Positions 17,337-25,239 of a stretch of DNA of 32,000 bases are shown here, one piece after another. This stretch comes from Cylindrospermopsis raciborskii Cr2010 (GTDB lineage: Bacteria; Cyanobacteriota; Cyanobacteriia; Cyanobacteriales; Nostocaceae): contig NZ_CP065936.1 of the NCBI RefSeq assembly GCF_003367075.2, forward strand, positions 3,660,001-3,692,000. The letters run 5' to 3'. The notes beneath the pieces are model-generated. The model did no database searches. It was not told where the DNA came from and saw only the letters and a list, made by a program, of their open reading frames with translations. The position numbers were made by a program, and so were the translations under genes. Each line of letters begins with the position of its first letter. The first letter of the stretch is position 1.

Positions 17337-18893
17337 TTATGCCCTAATCACAGTAATTCTATATTGATTTTCTGTCACCACCACATCAGTTGATAACCTT
17401 TCTTCCATTGGTGAGGCATTTTTCCGCCTATCAAAGATAAATAACCAACCAAAATCTAAACCCAAACGCCCTAAATACGATTCTAATTGTTCAATTCCAT
17501 CACCTTGAGGATCGCGTTTTTTATCCCGCCACACTTTTAATTCAATCCCTAAAATAACATCTTTATACTGCAAACATAAATCCATTCTATCACTACCAAT
17601 GGCATATTCCCTTTCTAAAACCCCTCCACCATTAACTACACGATGTAAAAAAGCCATTAATACAATATGGGGTGCAATTTCATGATATCCTGTGCTACCT
17701 AATAATGGTTCTCCATGTTGTCGCCAAAACTTGAGAAATGCAGTTAATAAAGCATCAATATTTAATTCACCTGCTGATGTTAACCAAGTTGGTGCAATCA
17801 TCGGTAAAGAAGCCATTGGTGTGACTGTTAAAACTCTGGGTAACACTTCCCGATAAATGGGATTAGCAATAGTTAATCCTCCATAGGGGTGCATTTTACA
17901 TAATCCTAAATCTATCACAAATTGAATATCATCATTAGGTATATCCCCTAATTCTAAACCTGCTAACATTGGTTCAATAATTGCCTTTATTCTTGGTTCT
18001 CTTAACCTTTCTGCTAAACTATCTAAATGAGTATCTTGACGAATTATTAATATTTCCTTAGCTGTTAAAATATGTTCTTTGGTAATAGCAATACTTCTAT
18101 CTTTTACCATTTTTTCTACAATTTCCTTAGCTAAAGCATTCACTAACCAAGGTTGTCCTTGGGTTAAATCATAGGCTGTTTCTATAGCTTCAGGTGTGAA
18201 AATTTGCCCAGTTGCTGCTGTATGTTGTTGATATAATTCTCCTACTTCTGCAAGATTAAAATTTCTCATAGTCAAAGAAGCAACTTTTATATTAAAAGGA
18301 CTAGAAGTATTTAATCTGTCACTACCTCCCGATGCTACTTTATAATCTCGCACATCTCGTAAACCAATTAATCCTACTGATGAGGGAAAATTTTCTGGAC
18401 GGTTAGGAAAACCATCTCTTAATTGTCGTAAAACTGAAATTAATGTTTGGTCTTGTAAAGAATCAATTTCATCTATAAATAATACTATGGGACGATTTAT
18501 AGCTTTTGCCCAAGCTGATAAAAAAGCCTTAATTCTGCTTCCTGGTTCTTCCTGTTGCCATTGTTTAATAGGTGGTTGTAATTCTTTGGGTAAGCGGATA
18601 TTTATTGTATTATACCATGCCCCTAAAATTGCTAATTCTGCGGTGGTAGGATCATGATTAAATGCACTGCCTACTTCTACGGATACCATGACTGCGGCAT
18701 AATTTCCGGTATCAGTAAGTTGCTGTGCCAGGGATAACATGGCGGTGGTTTTCCCTGTTTGTCGTGGTGCGTGTAGGACAAAATAACTACGTTGTTGAAT
18801 TAACGCCTCTAAGTCTGGTAATCTGACTGTGGGAGATAGGACATAGTGGATATCGTTTGAACATGGACCTGCAATATTAAACCAGCGAGTCAT
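17337..18893 (-). CDS. P-loop NTPase/PD-(D/E)XK-like protein (array 2, copy E)
   Basis: ORF 17337-18959. Start placed at MTRWFNIAG (ATG 18893). 518 aa. Haplotype 2-b-1-S. Confidence 0.85.
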   Translation of the reverse strand: MTRWFNIAGPCSNDIHYVLSPTVRLPDLEALIQQRSYFVLHAPRQTGKTTAMLSLAQQLTDTGNYAAVMVSVEVGSAFNHDPTTAELAILGAWYNTINIRLPKELQPPIKQWQQEEPGSRIKAFLSAWAKAINRPIVLFIDEIDSLQDQTLISVLRQLRDGFPNRPENFPSSVGLIGLRDVRDYKVASGGSDRLNTSSPFNIKVASLTMRNFNLAEVGELYQQHTAATGQIFTPEAIETAYDLTQGQPWLVNALAKEIVEKMVKDRSIAITKEHILTAKEILIIRQDTHLDSLAERLREPRIKAIIEPMLAGLELGDIPNDDIQFVIDLGLCKMHPYGGLTIANPIYREVLPRVLTVTPMASLPMIAPTWLTSAGELNIDALLTAFLKFWRQHGEPLLGSTGYHEIAPHIVLMAFLHRVVNGGGVLEREYAIGSDRMDLCLQYKDVILGIELKVWRDKKRDPQGDGIEQLESYLGRLGLDFGWLFIFDRRKNASPMEERLSTDVVVTENQYRITVIRA

Positions 18894-19009
18894 GATGATT
18901 TTGGTAATAGGTGAACTCTTTAAGTTTACACATTTATTTGGAAATGTTGGAGAATTCACTCCCCTACGGCCAACTTTGTAAAGAAGTGTAAATTAATCCC
19001 CATATTTCC

Positions 19010-19038
19010 TTGACTTAATAAAAAAAATTTGATATAGT
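19010..19038 (+). promoter_or_regulatory. near-consensus sigma70-type promoter with no credible downstream ORF
   Basis: TTGACT (19010-19015), exactly 17-nt A-rich spacer, TATAGT (19033-19038). Confidence 0.4.
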
Positions 19039-19238
19039 GAATGTTGGTAAGATAATTAATAGATAGCTGCCCAAATCTAAATAAAATATAAGCCGAACCA
19101 TAAGGTGCAGAGCTTTGACGGTCTACATTATCTCAGTTCGTACCAACCCGACACCCACAGCTACCAGGGTCGAGTGTCAGGGGTTTTCTGTCTCAAGAGC
19201 AGTCACCAATATTATAAAGCGAGTCCCAGCCTCAATAC

Positions 19239-19583
19239 CTATCTAAAAGAGATATTTATCAAAAAATTATCAATAAAATCAGTAATTTCCTGATAAAAAA
19301 CCCGCCCTTTTTCCCTACTACTACTCGCAGTTACTAGTAACCTTAAACTTTCCACCAATGAACTGATAGTAGCATCACAAACCAAATCAAATAACTGATT
19401 TAAATCATCTTGGTTTCGTTGTCCATAGGACAAAGCATGAATATAATCATTACGAATTTGATTATTAATCACGGTTAGTTCTGTAGTGAGATCCCATAGT
19501 AAGTGCTTTGCGATCTCCTGTAAGGAGTGCTTCACAATCGCATTTATATATGTCCCGTTGGTTTGTTGGGTTTCGTGCCTCAA
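19239..19583 (-). CDS. hypothetical protein (predicted all-helical; weak R-x4-H motif)
   Basis: 114-aa ORF. The only ATG (19583) and the first ~19 codons lie inside the first unit of the 154-bp repeat array, so the true N-terminus is uncertain (a GTG at ~19530 is possible). IRNDYIHALSY is faintly HEPN-like (Rx4H), which is not enough to assign a family. Confidence 0.4.
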   Translation of the reverse strand: MRHETQQTNGTYINAIVKHSLQEIAKHLLWDLTTELTVINNQIRNDYIHALSYGQRNQDDLNQLFDLVCDATISSLVESLRLLVTASSSREKGRVFYQEITDFIDNFLINISFR

Positions 19584-20415
19584 CCCAACCTACGATTACC
19601 CACGGTAAAACTAGTCGGTTTACGGGTAATTCCCTTTAAGTATTTAACAATAAGGGGTAATTGGCGAGCTCCCACAGGTATTGCTTCGCAATCGCATTTA
19701 TATATGTCCCGTTGGTTTGTTGGGTTTCGTGCCTCAACCCAACCTACGATTACCCACGGTAAAACTAGTCGGTTTACGGGTAATTCCCTTTAAGTATTTA
19801 ACAATAAGGGGTAATTGGCGAGCTCCCACAGGTATTGCTTCGCAATCGCATTTATATATGTCCCGTTGGTTTGTTGGGTTTCGTGTCTCAACCCAACCTA
19901 CGATTACCCACGGTAAAACTAGTCGGTTTACGGGTAATTCCCTTTAAGTATTTAACAATAAGGGGTAATTGGCGAGCTCCCACAGGTATTGCTTCGCAAT
20001 CGCATTTATATATGTCCCGTTGGTTTGTTGGGTTTCGTGCCTCAACCCAACCTACGATTACCCACGGTAAAACTAGTCGGTTTACGGGTAATTCCCTTTA
20101 AGTATTTAACAATAAGGGGTAATTGGCGAGCTCCCACAGGTATTGCTTCGCAACCGCATTTATATATATCCCGTTGGTTTGTTGGGTTTCGTGCCTCAAC
20201 CCAACCTACGATTACCCACGGTAAAACTAGTCGGTTTACGGGTAATTCCCTTTAAGTATTTAACAATAAGGGGTAATTGGCGAGCTCCCACAGGTATTGC
20301 TTCGCAACCGCATTTATATATATCCCGTTGGTTTGTTGGGTTTCGTGTCTCAACCCAACCTACGATTACCCACGGTAAAACTAGTCGGTTTACGGGTAAT
20401 TCCCTTTAAATATTT
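19527..20415. repeat. tandem array, ~5.8 units of a 154-bp hairpin-rich element
   Basis: Exact 154-bp periodicity (the same motif restarts at 19527, 19681, 19835, 19989, 20143 and 20297). Units differ at only 2-3 positions. Each unit contains the inverted repeats ATTGCttcGCAAT, GTTGGGTTtcgtgcctcAACCCAAC, TTACCCacgGTAAAactagtcggTTTACGGGTAA and CCCTTtaagtatttaacaatAAGGG. Confidence 0.95.
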
Positions 20416-20950
20416 CTGCAATTTCTATGTTGATTGTAGGAAAGGAAAGGGGAAAAATTGTACCTGTTTCTATGGTTAATTCCGACGTGTAATTATTATT
20501 AACCAAATCTCTGAATACCTTTAATTGTAAGTTGTTCAAGTCGACCACCCAATATTCTTTAATACCAGATTCTGCATATATATCTTTTTTTTCTCCTAAA
20601 TCTTTACTAAGGGTTGTTTGGGCAAATTCAATAATCCAAAATATATCTTCTGGGTAAGGATGATGTATTAAATATTCTTTACCTAATGGTTTGACAATGG
20701 CAAGATCTGGTTGGGGTTCCGAATTGTTAGGAAGAGTAATAGGTTTGCCATCTCTTATTTTCACCTGGTTTCCTAATAGGTTTCTCAAATATTCCCCTAC
20801 TTCAGTATTGTAGTAAGCATGAGCTTCTCTTTCCGGAGTCATGACAATAATTTCCCCTCTTAGTAGTTCTACTGCTTCACCGTCAAATACTCCACTATCG
20901 ATCGCCTGATGGTAAGTTTCTGTTGTCCATTCATAAGTAGTTAATGCCAT
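20390..20950 (-). CDS. Uma2-family (DUF820) PD-(D/E)XK endonuclease
   Basis: 186-aa ORF. Family-typical ...EPQPDLAIV...IIEFAQTTLSKDLGEKKDIYAESGIKEYWVVDL. The last 8 codons and the stop are contributed by the terminal repeat unit. Confidence 0.85.
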   Translation of the reverse strand: MALTTYEWTTETYHQAIDSGVFDGEAVELLRGEIIVMTPEREAHAYYNTEVGEYLRNLLGNQVKIRDGKPITLPNNSEPQPDLAIVKPLGKEYLIHHPYPEDIFWIIEFAQTTLSKDLGEKKDIYAESGIKEYWVVDLNNLQLKVFRDLVNNNYTSELTIETGTIFPLSFPTINIEIAEIFKGNYP

Positions 20951-21057
20951 AATATTTACCCTTACATTTCAAGTATAAGTGCGGAGAAAAATGTCCGGTT
21001 ATGGATTTAGGGATATGATAGCATGAGTTTGGGTCTCTTATATGAGGTTAATTAACT

Positions 21058-22368
21058 ATGGAATCAGAATACCGACAACGTCGTGAACAGGTAATGGCAA
21101 AAATCAGTGGGGGGACCGCAATATTCCGCAGCGCTCCCACAGCTGTCATGCACAATGATGTGGAATATGTTTATAGACAAGATAGTGATTTCTATTATTT
21201 AACTGGTTTCAATGAACCGGAAGCAGTAGCAGTTTTGGCACCTCACCATGGGGAACACCGCTTTATCTTATTTGTACAACCTAAGGACAGGGAAAAGGAG
21301 GTGTGGAGTGGTTATCGTTGTGGGGTGGAGGGTGCTAAGGAAATTTATGGCGCGGATATGGCCTACCCTATTACTGAATTGGATGACAAGCTACCACAAT
21401 ATTTACAAAAAGCTGAACGGATATATTATCACCTGGGTAGGGATAGCCATTTTAATGATAGGATAATCAGACATTACCAAAATTTACTTGTTACTCGTCC
21501 TAGAAGGGGTACTGGACCAATCGCTATTGAAGATACGGGTCCTATTCTACATGGTTTAAGATTACATAAAAGCAATTTTGAAGTAGATCTAATGCGCCAG
21601 GCGGCGGATATTGCTGTATTAGCACATAACCACGCGATGAGTATTGCTAGACCTGGCAGTTATGAATATGAAATCCAAGCGGAAATAGAGCACATTTTCC
21701 GCTTGCAGGGTGGTATGGGTCCTGCTTATCCTTCTATTGTCGCAGCTGGTAAAAATGCTTGTGTTCTACACTATATAGAAAACAATTACCAAATGCAAGA
21801 ACAGGAATTGTTACTAATTGATGCTGGTTGTGCCTATAGATATTACAATTCGGATATTACTAGAACCTTTCCTGTAAATGGTAAGTTTACACCAGAACAA
21901 AAGGCTTTATATGAAATAGTATTGGAAGCACAAAAACAGGCAATTCAAGAAGTCAAACCAGGCAATGGATTTGATGCACCTCATAACAAAGCAGTGCAGG
22001 TTCTTACAGAAGGTTTAATAGAGGTGGGTTTACTTAAAGGAGAGGTTAATCAGCTCATACAGGAAGGAAAATATAAACAATTCTATATGCACCGTACTAG
22101 CCACTGGTTAGGATTAGATGTGCATGATGTTGGTGTTTATCAACATGGGGAAGTTCCACAAGTTTTACAACCAGGACAGGTGTTAACCATAGAACCAGGT
22201 CTTTATATTGTACCACATACCCCACCCGCTGAAGGCCAACCCCCTATTGATGACCGTTGGGTAGGAATTGGTATTAGGATAGAAGATGATGTGTTGGTTA
22301 CCCCCCAGGGAAATGAGGTCTTAACTGCGGGAGTTCCTAAGGAAATTGCCGATCTAGAACGAACCTGA
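21058..22368 (+). CDS. pepP: Xaa-Pro aminopeptidase (M24B, aminopeptidase P family)
   Basis: 436-aa ORF. N-terminal AMP_N-like region and M24 metal-ligand motifs LIDAGCAYRYYNSDITRTF, HRTSHWLGLDVHD, LTIEPG, GIRIEDD. Confidence 0.9.
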   Translation: MESEYRQRREQVMAKISGGTAIFRSAPTAVMHNDVEYVYRQDSDFYYLTGFNEPEAVAVLAPHHGEHRFILFVQPKDREKEVWSGYRCGVEGAKEIYGADMAYPITELDDKLPQYLQKAERIYYHLGRDSHFNDRIIRHYQNLLVTRPRRGTGPIAIEDTGPILHGLRLHKSNFEVDLMRQAADIAVLAHNHAMSIARPGSYEYEIQAEIEHIFRLQGGMGPAYPSIVAAGKNACVLHYIENNYQMQEQELLLIDAGCAYRYYNSDITRTFPVNGKFTPEQKALYEIVLEAQKQAIQEVKPGNGFDAPHNKAVQVLTEGLIEVGLLKGEVNQLIQEGKYKQFYMHRTSHWLGLDVHDVGVYQHGEVPQVLQPGQVLTIEPGLYIVPHTPPAEGQPPIDDRWVGIGIRIEDDVLVTPQGNEVLTAGVPKEIADLERT

Positions 22369-22439
22369 GCGCTAAATTAGTAACGGTCAACTATCTGCTA
22401 TGATTGACCTGGCTTTACTAATTTTTGCGGGAGCTGAAA

Positions 22440-23444
22440 ATGGGCAAGAAATATGATGTTTATGGTGTGGGTAACGCTCTGGTAGATATAGAATATGAGG
22501 TATCTACCGATTTATTGGAAAAGTTACACATTGATAAGGGTGTAATGACACTCTTAGATGAAGAAACTCAACATCATATTTTGGAAAATCTCCAACACCT
22601 GGATCATCATAAAAGTTGTGGGGGTTCAGCAGCAAATACGATGGTGGCTATTGGACAACTGGGAGGTAATCCTTTTTATTCCTGTAAGGTGGCTAAGGAT
22701 GAGTTTGGTAAGTTCTACATTCAAGATCTACTTGATTCCCACGTGCAAACTAATCTCCAAAATGCTGATTTACAGTCAGGAGTTACAGGTAAATGTTTAG
22801 TCCTGGTTACCCCCGATGCTGACCGCACTCTCAACACGTTTCTGGGAATCAGTGCGGAGTTTTCTACCCAGGAATTGGTTCCAGAAGCAATTACAGCTGC
22901 TGAATATTTATATATCGAGGGTTATTTAGTTACTTCCCCCACCGCTAAAGCAGCAGCTATTCAAGCTAGAGATATTGCTATAGCTGCTGGTGTGAAAACT
23001 ACCATGTCTTTATCGGACTATAATATGGTACGGTTCTTTGGGGATGGTCTAGTAGATATGATTGGACCTGGTCTGGATTTTATTTTTGCTAATGAAACTG
23101 AAGCTCTGGGTTTGGCACAAACTACGGATTTTCAGGTGGCTATAGATAAAATGAAGCTCCTTAGTCGGGGGTTTGCTATTACTCGCGGATCTCAGGGTTC
23201 TATAGTATTTGATGGCGAACAGTTAATTGAAATCCCTGCACCCCCAGTTCATGCTGTGGACACTGTTGGTGCAGGAGATATGTATGCGGGGGCTTTTCTT
23301 TATGGTATTACCCACGGAATGAGTTATCCCCTAGCAGGAAAGTTGGCATCCACCGCAGCTTCTCAAATCGTCACGGTCTACGGTCCTAGATTGCAAACTC
23401 CTCAACTGCTGCAATTGCTCCAAGGTTTCTCCACTGCTGTTTAA
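22440..23444 (+). CDS. PfkB-family kinase (adenosine kinase-like)
   Basis: ORF 22425-23444 begins with TTG. I prefer the ATG at 22440, 6 nt after [14 protein letters not shown]-terminal motif and [13 protein letters not shown] PfkB signature. Confidence 0.85.
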   Translation: MGKKYDVYGVGNALVDIEYEVSTDLLEKLHIDKGVMTLLDEETQHHILENLQHLDHHKSCGGSAANTMVAIGQLGGNPFYSCKVAKDEFGKFYIQDLLDSHVQTNLQNADLQSGVTGKCLVLVTPDADRTLNTFLGISAEFSTQELVPEAITAAEYLYIEGYLVTSPTAKAAAIQARDIAIAAGVKTTMSLSDYNMVRFFGDGLVDMIGPGLDFIFANETEALGLAQTTDFQVAIDKMKLLSRGFAITRGSQGSIVFDGEQLIEIPAPPVHAVDTVGAGDMYAGAFLYGITHGMSYPLAGKLASTAASQIVTVYGPRLQTPQLLQLLQGFSTAV

Positions 23445-23716
23445 CCACCAGCAACTGCAGTAACAATACTTATCTCGTCTCCATCTTGAAGAACTGTTTC
23501 TGTACCGTCTAAAAAACGAATGTCCTCGCTGTTTACATACAAGTTTAAAAACCTGCGAGGAGTTCCTGTCTCATCACGCAATCTACCCTTAATCCCGGGA
23601 AAGGTTTTTTCTAGGGTGTCTAATAATTCGTTTACACTGCTACCGCTACATTCTACCACCGCTTGGTTATTGGTCTCTTTTTGTAGCATTGTGGGAACTA
23701 AAACTCTTATGGCCAT
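23441..23716 (-). CDS. CysO/MoaD/ThiS-family ubiquitin-like sulfur carrier protein
   Basis: 91 aa ending AVAGG. The pattern VPTMLQ...[14 protein letters not shown]...[14 protein letters not shown] resembles mycobacterial CysO as I remember it. Its stop overlaps the stop of the convergent kinase gene within TTAA (23441-23444). Confidence 0.8.
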   Translation of the reverse strand: MAIRVLVPTMLQKETNNQAVVECSGSSVNELLDTLEKTFPGIKGRLRDETGTPRRFLNLYVNSEDIRFLDGTETVLQDGDEISIVTAVAGG

Positions 23717-23839
23717 AGTTAATTTTTGGTTGCTTAGTTGGTTCGTTAATAAATTTAATTAGTTTTTAGTTGGTTAGTTGCATTAATTAGGCATTAATCC
23801 AAAAACCAACACGTCATTCCGATTTGATAGAAAATCCAA

Positions 23840-25144
23840 TTAAACAAGTACTTGTTGCCATTCCAGACGATCTAGAGTGCGAGACCTCTCTAATGCCCGC
23901 TCGAAACTGTCTAGTTTAGCTTCAATCGTCAGCGGTTCACCTACGTAACCCTGTAATGCTTCCTGGGTTTTCAAACCATTACCAGTGATATATACCACTG
24001 TGGTTTCATCTGGATCTATTTTACCAGCTTCCACTAATTTTTTCAACACCGCAATGGTGGTACCACCCGCTGTTTCTGTGAAGATACCTTCGGTTTCTGC
24101 TAGTAGTTTAATTCCTTCGATAATTTCGTTATCATTGACTGACTCTATATTACCACCTGTTTTTTGAGCTATTTCTACTGCATAAACCCCATCCGCAGGA
24201 TTGCCAATGGCAATGGATTTGGCAATTGTATTCGGTTTTACTGGCTGGATAAAGTCCCTACCTGCTTTAAATGCTGTGGCAATTGGTGAGCAACCTTCCG
24301 CTTGCGCACCACTAAAGCGAACTTTTTTACCTTCTACTAAGCCAACTTCTGTAAATTCTTGGAAGCCTTTATAAATCTTGGTGAATAGGGATCCAGAAGC
24401 TAGGGGCGCTACTATATGATCCGGTAATTGCCAACCCAGTTGCTCCGCAACCTCAAACCCAAGGGTTTTAGACCCTTCGGAATAATAAGGACGCAAGTTA
24501 ATATTCACAAACCCCCAACCATGGGTATTAGCTACTTCTGAACACAGGCGGTTCACTTGATCGTAGTTCCCTTTCACAGCCATTAATGTGGGACTATAAA
24601 TTAAACTCCCTAATACTTTACCAGCTTCTAAATCAGCAGGAATAAATACACAACAGTCTAAACCAGCATGAGCCGCGATCGCTGCTGTGGAATTGGCTAG
24701 GTTGCCTGTACTAGCACAGGAAACGGTTGTAAAACCTAGCTCCCTAGCTCTGCTCAAAGCCACGGATACCACCCGATCTTTAAAGCTCAGGGTGGGCATA
24801 TTCACTGCATCATTTTTAATATAAAGTTTATTTAAACCCAGGCGTCGCGCTAAACGGTGAGAACGTACCAGGGGGGTCATCCCTGTCCCCACATCTATAT
24901 AGTTCTCTGTGGCTACGGGTAAAAACTGACGATACCTCCAAATGGAGTTGGGACCAGCTTCAATAGTCGCTCGACTTACAGACTGACGCAAAACATTATA
25001 GTCGTATTTCACTTCTAGCGGACCAAAACAAAGCTCACAAACATGTGTAGCGTTTAGTTCATATTCCGCTCCACATTCCTTACATTTCAGAGCTTTTAAT
25101 ATGCTAGGATTGGCTGTGTTTAGATTTGCGATCGCCTGAGTCAT
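23840..25144 (-). CDS. thrC: threonine synthase family PLP enzyme with N-terminal zinc ribbon
   Basis: 434-aa ORF. CKECG...CELCFG four-Cys ribbon, PLP-lysine motif TLSFKDR, glycine-rich loop. Function as a genuine ThrC versus a sulfur-carrier-dependent paralogue is open (see findings). Confidence 0.85.
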   Translation of the reverse strand: MTQAIANLNTANPSILKALKCKECGAEYELNATHVCELCFGPLEVKYDYNVLRQSVSRATIEAGPNSIWRYRQFLPVATENYIDVGTGMTPLVRSHRLARRLGLNKLYIKNDAVNMPTLSFKDRVVSVALSRARELGFTTVSCASTGNLANSTAAIAAHAGLDCCVFIPADLEAGKVLGSLIYSPTLMAVKGNYDQVNRLCSEVANTHGWGFVNINLRPYYSEGSKTLGFEVAEQLGWQLPDHIVAPLASGSLFTKIYKGFQEFTEVGLVEGKKVRFSGAQAEGCSPIATAFKAGRDFIQPVKPNTIAKSIAIGNPADGVYAVEIAQKTGGNIESVNDNEIIEGIKLLAETEGIFTETAGGTTIAVLKKLVEAGKIDPDETTVVYITGNGLKTQEALQGYVGEPLTIEAKLDSFERALERSRTLDRLEWQQVLV

Positions 25145-25239
25145 AACTACTTTTCCCCGTATATCCGTTGACTATGAAAAAAATACTAACATGACTCAAA
25201 TTACTCGTCAAACATACCCGACTAAAAGAGTCGGATATG

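Larger units (their letters stand above)
10527..18940. repeat. tandem gene array 2: five head-to-tail units (period 1630 bp; one 1851-bp interval) of a P-loop NTPase/PD-(D/E)XK-like gene
   Basis: Stops at 10596, 12226, 14077, 15707 and 17337. Identical 70-nt spacers A/B, C/D and D/E. Left flank 10527-10595 recurs at 14012-14076. Right flank 13783-13828 recurs at 18894-18940. Confidence 0.95.

Noticed and set aside
3397-18893. Idea that the mosaic arrays are driven by a dedicated diversification machine (shufflon invertase, diversity-generating retroelement, or silent-cassette antigenic variation)
   Set aside because: The window contains no site-specific recombinase, no reverse transcriptase with template repeat, and no inverted cassette arrangement. 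All copies are direct repeats with full ORFs and their own starts. Ordinary homologous recombination or gene conversion between tandem paralogues is sufficient to explain what is seen.
18960-19240. Search for a tRNA, tmRNA, RNase P, SRP or 6S RNA gene in the ORF-free stretch after array 2
   Set aside because: I found no cloverleaf, no GTTCGAATC-type T-loop and none of the conserved motifs I remember for these RNAs. Only the promoter-plus-hairpin candidate reported in findings remains.
19105-19293. 62-aa plus-strand ORF downstream of the orphan promoter
   Set aside because: It has a GTG start without RBS and a Ser/Tyr/Gln-rich low-complexity product, and it overlaps the 3-prime end of ORF 19239-19583. 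The region is more plausibly non-coding RNA or just spacer.
19527-20415. Possibility that the 154-bp array is a CRISPR array
   Set aside because: There are no unique spacers between repeats, since the units abut directly and are near-identical throughout. The unit is far longer than CRISPR repeats, and there are no cas genes in the window.
19527-20479. Six overlapping 60-88-aa plus-strand ORFs (MLRNRIYICPVGLLGFVPQPNLR...) inside the 154-bp repeat array
   Set aside because: They are the same repeat read again and again. The period (154) is not a multiple of 3, so each ORF simply runs ~1.7 units until a stop. There is no RBS, and the peptide is the kind of artefact produced by the GTTGGGTT...AACCCAAC hairpin element.
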